Part shown: piece by piece, positions 1 to 11,323 of the stretch
Numbering within the stretch: the stretch's first letter is position 1
Layout of the letters: each line of letters opens with the position of its first letter
NCBI GenBank assembly: GCA_963804185.1
Contig: CAWDPM010000018.1
Span: 156,848-220,847 of the forward strand
Reading direction: 5' to 3'
Length of the DNA stretch: 64,000 nt
Origin: an uncultured Candidatus Rokubacteria bacterium
GTDB taxonomy: Bacteria > Methylomirabilota > Methylomirabilia > Rokubacteriales > DASRDR01
Notes under the pieces: generated by a model
Database searches by the model: none
Seen by the model: the letters and a program-made list of their open reading frames with translations, nothing else
What the model was told of the DNA's origin: nothing
Made by a program: the position numbers and the translations under genes

Positions 1-2488
1 CGGTGAGGCGAGACCGCCCGCACCCCACGCGCCCTGGGGGACCCACGCGGCCTTCCTTCTCCTGCTCTTCCTGCTGGCTCCCGTCCACTTCCTCGGCCTC
101 CTGCCGGCCTTTTCGACCCACATCCTGGGCGACGTGATGGACGCCGCCGAGTACCCGTGGAACGAGTTCTGGACGGCTCACGCCTTGCTCGACCTCGGGA
201 CCAACCCCTTCAGGACTGACTACATGTTCTACCCGGTGGGGATCAACCTGGTCCAGCATACCTACACGTTTCTCGACGGGCTCCTCTACACGCTCGCGAG
301 GCCGCTCGTGCCGCTCCTAGTCTTTCACAACGCGCTCACCTGGCTGTCCGTGTTCCTGAATTCCGCCGCTGCTTACGCCCTGCTCTGGTCGCTGACCGGG
401 CTCTCCGGTCTGGCCTTCATCGGTGCCGTGGCCTTCGCCCATTCGCCGGTCCTCACCAGCTACTACGGGCCGCATTGCCTCATCGAGCCCTACTTGTTCG
501 TCCTCTTCGTCCTCGCGTCCATCCGGGTGTTCGGCACCCTCCAACCTGGCGGAGCCGTCGGCGCGGGGATCCTGCTCGGTCTGTCGGTCTACACGTATCC
601 GTACTACTTCGTTGCAGGTCTCCTCTGGCTTGCAATCCTCGGCCTCCACCGGCTGTGGCCGCGGGCCGAACGTCCGCGATCCCCCGGCCTCCCGACGCGC
701 TCGGTCGCGCCGTCAGTGATCCTCACTGGGCTGACGGTGACCTGGATCCTAGCCTTGGTGCTGATGCCGAAGGACTGGTGGAGGAGCGTCGGGCTCGGAC
801 GATACCTTCGAACCGACTACGTGGTGGTCATGGCTCTGCTCGTCTATCTCGTGGTCAAGGCGGCGAGCTGGCTCGCGAGGAGCCGAGGCCCCCGTGACGC
901 GGCCGGGGCCGAGCTGTCTCGCTCGGCCGTCACCCCGATAGCGGCGCCGCTCTCAGGCAAGACGGGGGGACAGGACCCTGACGAATCCTCGGTGCGCCGT
1001 CCGGGGGGAGCGACAGTGTCCGGCGCGCTTCACCGGATCCCACTGGGCCGCCAGGCGGCTCTCCGTGTCGTGCTCACCGCGCTGCTGGTAGCCGTGTCGG
1101 GGCTCGTCGTGGCCTTCCCCTACTCCGTATCGTACCTGACCGACGTGGCGGTCCGTTCGGCCGTCGCGAGCCCGCCGTCCGAGTTCCTCGACCAGAGTGT
1201 GGATGTCGTCAGCTTCTTCGCCCCGTTCCATCCCTGGCTGTCGCCGCTCTATCAGCGAGTCGCGCTGGACTGGGGCAGTGGACGGCCGATCGTCGGCACC
1301 CCGGCGTTCCTGGGCTGGTTCTGGCTCTGTCTCCTGGCCCTTGCCTTCGCCCTGTGGCCGAGGCGACCGGAGCTCGGGTTGTGGATCGGGGCGTGGACGG
1401 TATTCCTGCTCCTGTGCCTGGGGCCTCGGCTGAAGATCCACGGGATCATCCACCGAGGCTTCGTTCTGCCGGGAGACGTCCTGCCGAGCCTGCCCGTGCT
1501 GCAGAGCGTGCGCACCCTGTCGAGATTCCTGGTGCCCCTGGTGTTGTTCACGATCGTCATCGGGTGCCTCTTGTTGAAGGATCGTCTCGCCGGCGCCACG
1601 CAGCGTTGTCGCGTCGTCTGGTATGCGAGCGCGCTCCTCGTCGTCGGCCTCGAGTATGCCCTGCTGCCCTATCCGGTCCAGGCTTCGCGAGTCAACTACC
1701 AAGTACCGGCCGTCTATCACTCCCTCGCCAAGACCGCGGAGGGCAAGGTCGGAGTGCTGCTGGATCTTCCACTCCTCACCCACAGCGGCCGCCGGTCCGA
1801 GGGAAGGGGCCAGACACGCTGGCACTACTACCAGACCGTCCATCGACAGAAGCTGATCGGCGGTGTGTCCTCCGTGCTTCCCGACGAGGTCTTCGCCTTC
1901 TTCGAGGCGATTCCCGGTGTCAGGGCCCTCTGGTCTCAGTCGGCAATCGACGCGGGTCAGCTGGAGGCTTCACTCGCCGCGCTGCACGTGGACTGGATCG
2001 TCCTCAACAAGGAGCGGTACGGGCCGGCGACGCTGCGCGCCTACCTAGCGACCTTCCGCGAGAGCCCCTACCTGACTCCGTTCTTCGAGGACGCAGGCTA
2101 CGTCGCGTTCCGCGTGGATCGGTCGAAGATCTGCGAGAATTGCCCATTCAAGCCGAGGCTGGAGGCGTCACGCGCCGACTCCGCAGGTGCTGACGCCGGC
2201 TTCGCTGGCGGTTATCCGGACGGCTCCCGTCGCCCTCCAGTACTTGATCAACCGAAGACGTCTGCCGCTGGGGGGGGAGTCGCGAGCTTGATCGTGGGTG
2301 ATCCTGCGGCGGGTCGCGCTGCGGTCCGCGGCTCACTGCTCCTGAGATGGGGTGGTGCTCGTTCTCGTTGGGAATCACGTTCCCGTGGCATCGCTGCCAC
2401 GTGGAGTTGCGACGCCCAAGTTCCCCAAAAGACTGACCGCGATGTCCTCGCACTCGCACGCGGGTGCAATGTTGGCTTGCATCCATGA
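1..2488 (+). CDS. Polytopic integral membrane protein, 5'-partial. Possibly a membrane glycosyltransferase-like protein.
   Basis: The reading frame is open to position 1 with no upstream stop, so the gene starts outside the window. There are many hydrophobic helices (e.g. LLYTLARPLVPLLVFHNALTWLSVFL, ILALVLMP). The C-terminal approx. 100 aa are low-complexity and the true stop may be earlier. No specific family was recognised. Confidence 0.45.
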   Translation, partial: GEARPPAPHAPWGTHAAFLLLLFLLAPVHFLGLLPAFSTHILGDVMDAAEYPWNEFWTAHALLDLGTNPFRTDYMFYPVGINLVQHTYTFLDGLLYTLARPLVPLLVFHNALTWLSVFLNSAAAYALLWSLTGLSGLAFIGAVAFAHSPVLTSYYGPHCLIEPYLFVLFVLASIRVFGTLQPGGAVGAGILLGLSVYTYPYYFVAGLLWLAILGLHRLWPRAERPRSPGLPTRSVAPSVILTGLTVTWILALVLMPKDWWRSVGLGRYLRTDYVVVMALLVYLVVKAASWLARSRGPRDAAGAELSRSAVTPIAAPLSGKTGGQDPDESSVRRPGGATVSGALHRIPLGRQAALRVVLTALLVAVSGLVVAFPYSVSYLTDVAVRSAVASPPSEFLDQSVDVVSFFAPFHPWLSPLYQRVALDWGSGRPIVGTPAFLGWFWLCLLALAFALWPRRPELGLWIGAWTVFLLLCLGPRLKIHGIIHRGFVLPGDVLPSLPVLQSVRTLSRFLVPLVLFTIVIGCLLLKDRLAGATQRCRVVWYASALLVVGLEYALLPYPVQASRVNYQVPAVYHSLAKTAEGKVGVLLDLPLLTHSGRRSEGRGQTRWHYYQTVHRQKLIGGVSSVLPDEVFAFFEAIPGVRALWSQSAIDAGQLEASLAALHVDWIVLNKERYGPATLRAYLATFRESPYLTPFFEDAGYVAFRVDRSKICENCPFKPRLEASRADSAGADAGFAGGYPDGSRRPPVLDQPKTSAAGGGVASLIVGDPAAGRAAVRGSLLLRWGGARSRWESRSRGIAATWSCDAQVPQKTDRDVLALARGCNVGLHP

Positions 2489-2554
2489 TTCGGAAGTCCC
2501 TGTGTTCCTGGGCGCCCGAGATGGCACGGCCCTTGCCACCGTCGCAAGTCGGCC

Positions 2555-3544
2555 ATGACCTCTCGGAGCGTGCTCATCGGCGTGGACGTCGGCGGCACGA
2601 CCATGTCCGGCGGCTTGGTGACGCCGGTAGGCGAAGTCCTGTCGACCGTCCAGATCCACACTCACCGCGATGGCCCGGGGACGGCTCTGGAGGACCTGCT
2701 TCGGATCCTCGAGGAGCTAATGGCCCGAGCGGTCCAGGAGGGGCTAGCCGTTGGCGGGATCGGCATCGGCCTGCCCGGCATCGTGGACGCCGAGGCGGGC
2801 ACGATGAAGAAGGGCATCGAGCGAGTCACGGAGCTTACGGAACTCCCTCTCGCCCAGCGCATCCAGGCCAAGACCGGCTTGCCCGTCTTCGTCGACAACG
2901 ACGTCAACGCGCTCGCCCTCGGCGAATGGAGATACGGTCACGGGCGCGGCGCGTCATCCCTGGTCGTCCTAGCGCTCGGCACCGGGCTCGGGGGGGCCAT
3001 CATCCTGGACGGGCGGTTGCAGCGCGGAAGGAGCGGCTTCGGGGGCGAGTTCGGCCACGTCCCCGTCAACTTCGACGGGCGACCGTGCTTGTGTGGGGGG
3101 CGCGGCTGCCTCGGTGCCTACGCCGCGGGTTACGGGATTGCGGAAGAGTGGCGCCGGCGCGTCGCCCGGGACGGCAGTTCCGTCTCCGTCGATCCGGCCG
3201 GCGGCGATCTGGTGAGCGCGAACGCCGAGGAGGTCTTCCAGGCCGCGGCCAAGGGTGACGAGGCCGCGGGCGCGATCATCAAGGAGGCGTGTCAGGCGCT
3301 GGGCGCGGCGCTGGGCGGCGTGATCAACGGCCTCAATCCGGAGGTCATCGTCGTCACGGGCGGGATCCTCAAGTCGCTGGTGCACCACCAGGATGAGATT
3401 CTCCACCGCATCAGCGAGTACGCGCTCGCTCCGGCACGGGAGGTTGCCCGCATCCACCTGGTCCCGGGGCACAAGAGCCAGACCGTGAGAGGCGGTGCGG
3501 CCCTCGTCCAGTACGAGGAGGCCCGCCGCGTCGCGCGGCCATGA
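2555..3544 (+). CDS. ROK family sugar kinase or transcriptional regulator
   Basis: N-terminal ATPase motif LIGVDVGGTTM and DNDVNALALGE. It also carries the ROK zinc motif GHVPV...CLCGGRGCLGAYA. Confidence 0.8.
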   Translation: MTSRSVLIGVDVGGTTMSGGLVTPVGEVLSTVQIHTHRDGPGTALEDLLRILEELMARAVQEGLAVGGIGIGLPGIVDAEAGTMKKGIERVTELTELPLAQRIQAKTGLPVFVDNDVNALALGEWRYGHGRGASSLVVLALGTGLGGAIILDGRLQRGRSGFGGEFGHVPVNFDGRPCLCGGRGCLGAYAAGYGIAEEWRRRVARDGSSVSVDPAGGDLVSANAEEVFQAAAKGDEAAGAIIKEACQALGAALGGVINGLNPEVIVVTGGILKSLVHHQDEILHRISEYALAPAREVARIHLVPGHKSQTVRGGAALVQYEEARRVARP

Positions 3545-3672
3545 GCGCTAGCTCAGCTTGCTGGACGAATATCGCGGGGAATGCCCAGTTTCGGGACGCC
3601 GGGCCACATCAGGTGCAAGCCGGCAATGCAGCAGCCGTTGCATGGGTGAGCACAGACGTGCGTAGAGTTGAA

Positions 3673-3688
3673 CGGCACGGCAATTGCG
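3673..3688 (+). promoter_or_regulatory. Candidate sigma-54 (-24/-12) promoter upstream of the hydrolase-glycosyltransferase gene
   Basis: cGGCACGgcaaTTGCG matches the TGGCACG-N4-TTGCW consensus with correct GG/GC spacing. It lies 64 bp upstream of the ATG at 3752. An inverted repeat ATGCA-N8-TGCAT at approx. 3627-3649 could be an enhancer-binding-protein site. A sigma-54 activator is encoded in the same co-directional gene block. Confidence 0.35.
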
Positions 3689-3751
3689 TGACCAGCGGGG
3701 CTGGGGATCGGGGCTCCGCTCGACCCACAGAGGCCACAGAGGATTGATCGC

Positions 3752-5800
3752 ATGTACGTGACCCGCGGCGGCGTCAGGCTCTACTACCAGGTGACCGGCA
3801 ACGGCGGTCGGGACCTCTTCCTGCTCCCCCAGGTCCAGCCCGTCACCTACAGCCGGCAGTGGAAGTACCAGATCCCGTATCTCTCCCGCTACTTCCGCGT
3901 CGCGACCATGGACCACCGTGGCAACGGTCGCTCCGACCGGCCGGCCACCGGCTACGACCTCGACAGCCGGTACGAGGATCTCCTCGCCGTCCTCGAGGGG
4001 GCGGTGCGGCCGCCCTTCGCGCTCGTGGCGTATGCGTGTGCCGGCATGCTCGCGTTCCGGTACGCGGTCGAGCACCCGGAGCGCGTCTCTCACCTGATCC
4101 TGCTCGGTGGCCAGTACGCGGAGTCGGTGCCGCAGCCGTTCGACGAGCGCGTCGCGCCGGTGATCCGGGACGACTTCGACGGCTGGCGCGAGCGTCTGTT
4201 CCGGCGCTGCTTCCCCGAGCCGCATTCGCTCAAGGGGATCGAGGATTGCTTCGCCTGGGCCAGTGAGACGGCTCCGGAGATCCTCGTGGAGTCGCTCCGC
4301 GCCATCGACGGGTCGAACGTTCACGACCTGCTGCGGCGCGTCCAGGTGCCCACCCTCGCTCTTCACGGCACCGCGGACAAGATCGTCCCGTACACGCACG
4401 CCGAGAAGCTCGTCGCGGCGATCCCCGGCGCCAGGCTCGTGGCCTTCGAGGGGGCCGGTCACGTCCTCCACGGGCGCCACGCCGTCAAGGTCAACCGCCT
4501 GATCCGCGACTTCGTCCTGGATCGGCCCGTTGCGGGGCACACGATCCCGTCGACCACCGAGCGCCAGACGCCGCCGGCGCGGCGGCGCCGGACGAGCCAG
4601 CGCCGGATCCTCTGGCTGTCGAGCCCCATCGGCCTCGGTCACATCCAGCGTGACATCGCCGTCGCCCAGAAACTGCGCGAGATCCATCCCGACGTGACGG
4701 TGGACTTTCTCGCCGCGAACCCCGCCGACCGGCTGGTCGAGGCGGCCGGGGAGCGTCTGCACCCGGCGACCCGGCTGCTCCTGAACGAGAGCGCTCACGT
4801 TGAGGGCTGGGCGCGCGATCACGAGCTCCACGCCCAGAACGCGCTCTGGGACATGGACGAGATCCTCGCCGCCAACTTCATGACCTTCGCCGACGTCGTG
4901 GAGCGAGAGGACTACGACCTCTGGGTCGGGGACGAGGGCTGGGACCTCGACTACTTCCTTCACGAGAACCCCGAGCTCAAGCGGGCGCCCTACGCGTTCC
5001 TGACGGACTTCATCGGCATCCTCCCCATGCGCGATGACCCGGCGTCGGCAGAGTTCCGGCGCGCGTGGGACAAGAACGCCGAGAACATCGACCACCTGCG
5101 CCTGCATCCGGACGTGCGCGACCTTTCCGTGATGATCGGCGACGAGGAGGACGTGCTCGACCGCGAGTTCGGGCCGGATCTCCCGAACATGCGCCAGTGG
5201 GCGCGCGAGCACTTCCGCTTCCCGGGCTACACCTACCACTTCGATCCCGCCGACTACCGGGACAAAGCGGCCCTTCGCCGGGAGCTCGGCTACCAGGAGG
5301 GCGAGCGCGTGATCCTGGTCTCCGTGGGTGGCACCACTGTTGGGCGGAGCCTCCTCCGGAAGTGCGCCGAGGCCTTCGCCCTCGTCGCCCCCAGGCTCCC
5401 CGACACTCGCATGATCCTGGTGGCGGGGCCGCGGCTCGCCCAGGATGAGCTGCCGGGGGGGCCGCAGGTCGAGGTGAGGCCCTTCGTGCCTCAGCTGTTC
5501 CGCCACCATGCGGCCGCTCACCTCGCCATCGTCCAGGGCGGGCTGACCACGACGATGGAGCTGGCCGCCTTGAAGACGCCCTTCCTCTACTTTCCGCTGC
5601 GCAACCACTTCGAGCAGAACCTCCACGTCGCCCGCCGGCTGGAGCGTCTGGGCGCCGGTGTGCGGATGGACTACGACCGAACGACCGTCGAGGAGCTGGG
5701 TGACGCCATCCTCGACCACCTGGGCAAGCCCGTGCACCACCGCGAGGCGCCGGCGGGCGGCACCGAGCGGACGGCACGGATGATCGCCAACCTGCTCTGA
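3752..5800 (+). CDS. Fusion protein: N-terminal alpha/beta-hydrolase fold domain plus C-terminal GT1/GT28-type glycosyltransferase (MGT/UGT-like)
   Basis: The N-terminus has an alpha/beta-hydrolase pattern (HRGNGRSD, a nucleophile-elbow region, C-terminal GHVLH). The nucleophile elbow reads VAYACAG instead of GxSxG. The C-terminal half has GT-B signatures (WLSSPIGLGHIQRD... and QGGLTTTMELAALKTPFLYFP). It is 682 aa in one frame. Confidence 0.7.
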   Translation: MYVTRGGVRLYYQVTGNGGRDLFLLPQVQPVTYSRQWKYQIPYLSRYFRVATMDHRGNGRSDRPATGYDLDSRYEDLLAVLEGAVRPPFALVAYACAGMLAFRYAVEHPERVSHLILLGGQYAESVPQPFDERVAPVIRDDFDGWRERLFRRCFPEPHSLKGIEDCFAWASETAPEILVESLRAIDGSNVHDLLRRVQVPTLALHGTADKIVPYTHAEKLVAAIPGARLVAFEGAGHVLHGRHAVKVNRLIRDFVLDRPVAGHTIPSTTERQTPPARRRRTSQRRILWLSSPIGLGHIQRDIAVAQKLREIHPDVTVDFLAANPADRLVEAAGERLHPATRLLLNESAHVEGWARDHELHAQNALWDMDEILAANFMTFADVVEREDYDLWVGDEGWDLDYFLHENPELKRAPYAFLTDFIGILPMRDDPASAEFRRAWDKNAENIDHLRLHPDVRDLSVMIGDEEDVLDREFGPDLPNMRQWAREHFRFPGYTYHFDPADYRDKAALRRELGYQEGERVILVSVGGTTVGRSLLRKCAEAFALVAPRLPDTRMILVAGPRLAQDELPGGPQVEVRPFVPQLFRHHAAAHLAIVQGGLTTTMELAALKTPFLYFPLRNHFEQNLHVARRLERLGAGVRMDYDRTTVEELGDAILDHLGKPVHHREAPAGGTERTARMIANLL

Positions 5801-5818
5801 TGCAGGGGAGGACTCACC

Positions 5819-6382
5819 ATGGCGCAGGGATTGAACGACGTCAACCTCGAGAAGCTGAAGGCCACCGACGCGGCCGTCCGCCAGAACCCGGGTCTGGAGA
5901 AGATCACGGTCAAGGCCAGGTCCACGTGGTGCCGGGGGACCATGACCCAGGTCACCCTCAGCGAGTGGTACGCGGGCGGCAACCTCATGACCCCGCGACC
6001 CCGCCGCTTCACCATCATGGTGGACGAGCCCCCCGATCTGGGCGGCGGCGACGGCGCGCCGTTCCCGATCGAGGTGGTCCTTGCCGCGCTGGCCGGCTGC
6101 GTCACGAACGCGACCGTGACCAACGCCACGCTCTTCGACGTTCCGATCGACGGCGTCGAGATGGAGCTGGAAGCCCACATGGACGCGCGCGGGTTCCTCG
6201 GGCACGACAAGTCGGTGCCCAACGGGATCACCGACATCAACTACACCATCACCATCGAGAGTCCGGCGCCCGAGGACAAGGTTCGGCGCTGCAAGGAGAC
6301 GATCGACCGGAAGTCGGCCGTGCGGGACACGCTGGCAAGGCCGGTCAACATCACGTCGAGGTTCGTGTACAAGCCGAGCTGA
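5819..6382 (+). CDS. OsmC/Ohr family peroxiredoxin-like protein
   Basis: Conserved OsmC core VLAALAGCVT with the two-Cys family architecture; approx. 187 aa. Confidence 0.85.
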   Translation: MAQGLNDVNLEKLKATDAAVRQNPGLEKITVKARSTWCRGTMTQVTLSEWYAGGNLMTPRPRRFTIMVDEPPDLGGGDGAPFPIEVVLAALAGCVTNATVTNATLFDVPIDGVEMELEAHMDARGFLGHDKSVPNGITDINYTITIESPAPEDKVRRCKETIDRKSAVRDTLARPVNITSRFVYKPS

Positions 6383-6392
6383 GCGCGGGCGG

Positions 6393-8645
6393 ATGCCGGG
6401 CGAGCAGAACTGCATCTTCCTGAAGTCGCTGATTCCCCTGGTCGAGCAGGAGGTGGGGCCGGCCGGCGTGGAGGCGCTCGTCCGGAAAGCGGGCCGGCCC
6501 CGCGAGTGGCTCATCGCCGACCACAACTGGGTTCCCCAGGCGCTCGCCAATGAGCTCGTGCGCTTGGCCATCGAGCTGATGGGGGCGAGCGACGTCGAGA
6601 CCTGGGCACGACGGTGGGCCGAGTACCACATGGACTGGAAGCCGTCCCACGAGGAGCGCTCCTACTGGGGCACCTACACGATGGGGCTCGGCAGCCCGCG
6701 AGCGCTGTTCGCGCGCATCCCGCTGATCGACGGCGCGATCTATCGGTGGCAAGAGATCGAGCTGGTAGAGATGCGTCGCCGGCGAGCCGTGTTCCGCGCC
6801 ACCCCCCGGCCCGGCTTCCACATGCCACGCTGGGTGTGCATCTTTCAACGCGTATCCTTGGAGCGCTACCCCACGAACTGGGGGCTTCCGAGGGCGATCG
6901 TCACCGAGGAAGCTTGCGCCGCCAAGGGTGATGGCGCGTGCATCTGGCAGGTGCGTTGGAAGAACCTGTCTTTCGGAGCGCGCTTCTGGGGGCCGACCCT
7001 GACGGGCGTCGCCGGTGCCGTGCTCCTGTGGCTTGGGCTCGAGGTCGGTCAGCAGCTCCACGTGGCCGAGGCCACCGCCCTTGCCGCCCTGCCCGCCCTC
7101 GCTGGCCTCGCTTCCGGTGTCGCGCTCCTCGAGCGCCAGCGACGCCGCGACACCCAGCGTCTCCTCGACGTCCAGGCGGAGGAGATTCTCCACTCGAACC
7201 AGCAGCTCGAGGGGAAGTTCCGGGACCTGGAGACCAAGATCGAGCAGCTCTCGCTTCTCATCGACCTCGCCGCCGCCGTCAATGCCACGCTCGACCCCGA
7301 GACGATCTACGAGCAGGCGCTCCAGCGCCTCGTCGTCCACCGCATGGGTCATCGGCGCGCCCACCTCATGCTCGTGGATCCGACCCGTGGAGTCGTGCGC
7401 GGGCACAGGATGGCGGGCGCCGCGAACGGACGCCTCGAACCCTACGACCTCGAGTTTCGTCTCGACGACCCGCATTCGGCCTCCTCTCGAGTCGCAACCA
7501 CCGGCTCCCCCGTCGTGATCGACGACGTGGAAACGACGACCGTGCCCCTGGACCTCCCGGCCGTCCGCTCGCTCGGGGTGCGGTCGGTGGTGATGGTGCC
7601 CCTCCGAGTCAAGGAGCGGATCTTCGGTGTGCTCCAGGTCACCTCCAGCGAGCCGGGCCAGGTCGGTCAGGGAGACCTCGAGATGCTCACCGCGGTGGCC
7701 AACCACGTGGCGCTGGCGGTTGACCGCGCCCAGAGCTTCCAGACCATCGAGGAGCTCTCCGGCGGCCTCGAGGACAAGGTGCGCGTCCGGACGGAGCAGC
7801 TCCGCACGGCGAACGAGGAGCTCCAGGCCGCCTACCGGGAGCTCCAGGCCACCCAGATGCAGCTCGTCCAGCGCGAGAAGATGGCGTCGATGGGCCAGCT
7901 CGTGGCCGGTGTCGCCCACGAGCTCAACAACCCGATCGGGTTCGTCTACTCCAACGTCGCCACGCTGGAGGACTTTGTCCGCCGCCTGCGCGGCATGCTC
8001 GAGGTGTACCGAGCCGCGCCGCTCCCCGAGGCGGAGCGGGAGCGGATGCAGGCCGAGTGGGACGCCCGGAAGATCGACTACGCTCTCAAGTATCTGGACG
8101 CGATGACCCAGGGCATCAAGGAAGGTGCCGAGCGCGCGCGCAAGATCGTCCGCGACCTCCGCGTGTTCGCCCGGAGCCAGGACGACGTCTGGCAGTCCGT
8201 GGATCTCCACGAAGAGCTGGAGTCGAGCCTCACCCTGCTCAACCACCTCCTGAAGGACCGGGTCACCGTGCACAAGAAGTTCGGCGACCTGCCCCCGGTC
8301 GAGTGCATCCGCTCGCAGATCGATCAGGTCCTGCTCAATCTCCTCGCCAATGCCGCGCAGGCCATCCCCGGCCAGGGCGCCATCACCATCGAGACCCGGC
8401 GCGAGGATGACGCCGCCCTCCTCGTCGTCAGCGATACCGGCCCGGGCATCCCGCACGATGTCATCGGACGCATCTTCGACCCGTTCTTCACCACCAAGCC
8501 GGTCGGGGAGGGCACGGGCCTCGGCCTGTCGATCAGCTACCAGATCATCAAGAAGCACGGCGGCGACATCAGCGCCGACAGCCCGCCGGACGGCGGCGCC
8601 GTCTTCACGGTGCGCCTTCCGCTCGCGCGGACGCGAGAGGCATGA
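6393..8645 (+). CDS. Sensor histidine kinase with GAF domain
   Basis: N-terminal sensory region, a TM segment (LTGVAGAVLLWLGL), a coiled coil and a GAF-like region. The HisKA motif is VAGVAHELNNPIGFV. HATPase_c motifs are LLNLLANAAQA and DTGPGIP...GTGLGLSISYQII. The stop overlaps the next gene start (ATGA). Confidence 0.85.
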   Translation: MPGEQNCIFLKSLIPLVEQEVGPAGVEALVRKAGRPREWLIADHNWVPQALANELVRLAIELMGASDVETWARRWAEYHMDWKPSHEERSYWGTYTMGLGSPRALFARIPLIDGAIYRWQEIELVEMRRRRAVFRATPRPGFHMPRWVCIFQRVSLERYPTNWGLPRAIVTEEACAAKGDGACIWQVRWKNLSFGARFWGPTLTGVAGAVLLWLGLEVGQQLHVAEATALAALPALAGLASGVALLERQRRRDTQRLLDVQAEEILHSNQQLEGKFRDLETKIEQLSLLIDLAAAVNATLDPETIYEQALQRLVVHRMGHRRAHLMLVDPTRGVVRGHRMAGAANGRLEPYDLEFRLDDPHSASSRVATTGSPVVIDDVETTTVPLDLPAVRSLGVRSVVMVPLRVKERIFGVLQVTSSEPGQVGQGDLEMLTAVANHVALAVDRAQSFQTIEELSGGLEDKVRVRTEQLRTANEELQAAYRELQATQMQLVQREKMASMGQLVAGVAHELNNPIGFVYSNVATLEDFVRRLRGMLEVYRAAPLPEAERERMQAEWDARKIDYALKYLDAMTQGIKEGAERARKIVRDLRVFARSQDDVWQSVDLHEELESSLTLLNHLLKDRVTVHKKFGDLPPVECIRSQIDQVLLNLLANAAQAIPGQGAITIETRREDDAALLVVSDTGPGIPHDVIGRIFDPFFTTKPVGEGTGLGLSISYQIIKKHGGDISADSPPDGGAVFTVRLPLARTREA

Positions 8646-9802
8646 CGGACGAAGCGACCGTTCTCATCGTCGACGACGAGGCCCGCGTCCTCGATTCGCT
8701 GGAGGCGCTCCTGGCCATGGAGTACCGCGTCGTCCGCGCCGAACGGCCCGAGACGGCGCTCGAGATCCTGGAGCGTGAGGAGGTGGCCCTGGTCCTGAGC
8801 GATCAGCGCATGCCGGGCCTGACCGGCACCGAGCTCCTGACGCGGAGCCTCGCCATCTCGCCGGACAGCGTGCGGGTGCTCCTGACCGCCTTCACCGACG
8901 TCGACGCGCTCATGGATTCCATCAACGCGGCCAACATCTACCACTTCATCCTCAAGCCCTGGGACCCGAAGGAGCTGACCCACACCGTCCGGCGCGGCGT
9001 CGAGCGGTACCGTCTGGCGCGGGAGCGCGACGCGCTCCTGCGCGATCTCGCCGCCAAGAACCGGGACCTCGAGGGGACCCTGGCCGACCTCCGAGCGGCG
9101 CAGGAGCGGGTGGTCCGGGAGGCCTCCGTGCGCGCCCAGCTCCAGCGGTACGTCTCGCCGCGGCTGGCCGAGCTGGCCCTCGCGAATCCGACGCTTCTCG
9201 AGCTGGCGGGCGACTGGCGCGAGGCCACGGCGCTCTTCGCCGACATCCGGGGGTTCACCGGCCTCGTGGAGCGCGCTCCCGCGCCGACGGTCGTCCGGCT
9301 CCTCGACGAGTACTTCAGCGCCATGATCGACGTGATCTTCCGTCACCAGGGGACCGTCGAGCAGCTCGTCGGCGACGAGATCGTTGCCCTCTTCGGCGTC
9401 ACCGAAGGGGGCCACGACGCCGCGACCCGCGCGGTGCGGACCGCCATCGACATGGTCGACACGGTGCAGGCCCTCGCGGCCCGCTGGCGCGCCGAGGGGC
9501 TTCCAACCTTCGGCATCGGGGTCGGGATCTGCTCGGGACCGGTGTGGGCCGCCACCATCGGCTCCGACCGCCGCCGGGAGCTGATCGTGGTAGGTCGGCC
9601 GATGGTCGCCGCCGCGCGGATCCAGCGCATGACGCGGCTCTTCGACGCGCATATAATCGCCGCTGAGACGACGTTCCGCGAGGTCAAGCACGGCGTGCAC
9701 TATCGCGAGCTGGGCACCCCGAAGCTCAAGGGAATCAAGGACCGCCAGCCGCTCTACGAGATCACGGGCCTGCGGGACGGCGATGCGGCGCGTGTGAGCT
9801 AG
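8642..9802 (+). CDS. Response regulator with receiver domain and class III adenylate/guanylate cyclase output domain
   Basis: The REC domain reads LIVDDEARVLDSL...LVLSDQRMPGLTG. The CYC domain reads ATALFADIRGFTGL...LVGDEIVALFG...GIGVGICSGPVWAATIG. It is translationally coupled to the upstream kinase. Confidence 0.85.
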   Translation: MTDEATVLIVDDEARVLDSLEALLAMEYRVVRAERPETALEILEREEVALVLSDQRMPGLTGTELLTRSLAISPDSVRVLLTAFTDVDALMDSINAANIYHFILKPWDPKELTHTVRRGVERYRLARERDALLRDLAAKNRDLEGTLADLRAAQERVVREASVRAQLQRYVSPRLAELALANPTLLELAGDWREATALFADIRGFTGLVERAPAPTVVRLLDEYFSAMIDVIFRHQGTVEQLVGDEIVALFGVTEGGHDAATRAVRTAIDMVDTVQALAARWRAEGLPTFGIGVGICSGPVWAATIGSDRRRELIVVGRPMVAAARIQRMTRLFDAHIIAAETTFREVKHGVHYRELGTPKLKGIKDRQPLYEITGLRDGDAARVS

Positions 9803-9834
9803 CTCGAGGCCGCGCGGACGGCCCAGGAGGACGG

Positions 9835-11226
<1,392 letters not shown>

Positions 11227-11323
11227 GAGCGTCGCCACGCCGAGCCGGCGCCTCGGCCCACCTCGAACGAACGGCGCGGCTGGGACGCCCCGGCGAGGAT
11301 CCCGAGGCCTCGCTGCGGCGCAG

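Noticed and set aside
3548-6631. 1027-aa ORF on the minus strand, opposite the hydrolase-GT and OsmC genes
   Set aside because: The product is Arg/Gly/Pro-rich, low-complexity and typical of antisense frames in 70% GC DNA. The sense strand encodes well-supported proteins. The same applies to 6351-8558(-), 18431-20737(-), 26542-28518(-), 38829-39875(+), 41338-42348(-) and many short Arg-rich ORFs in the track.
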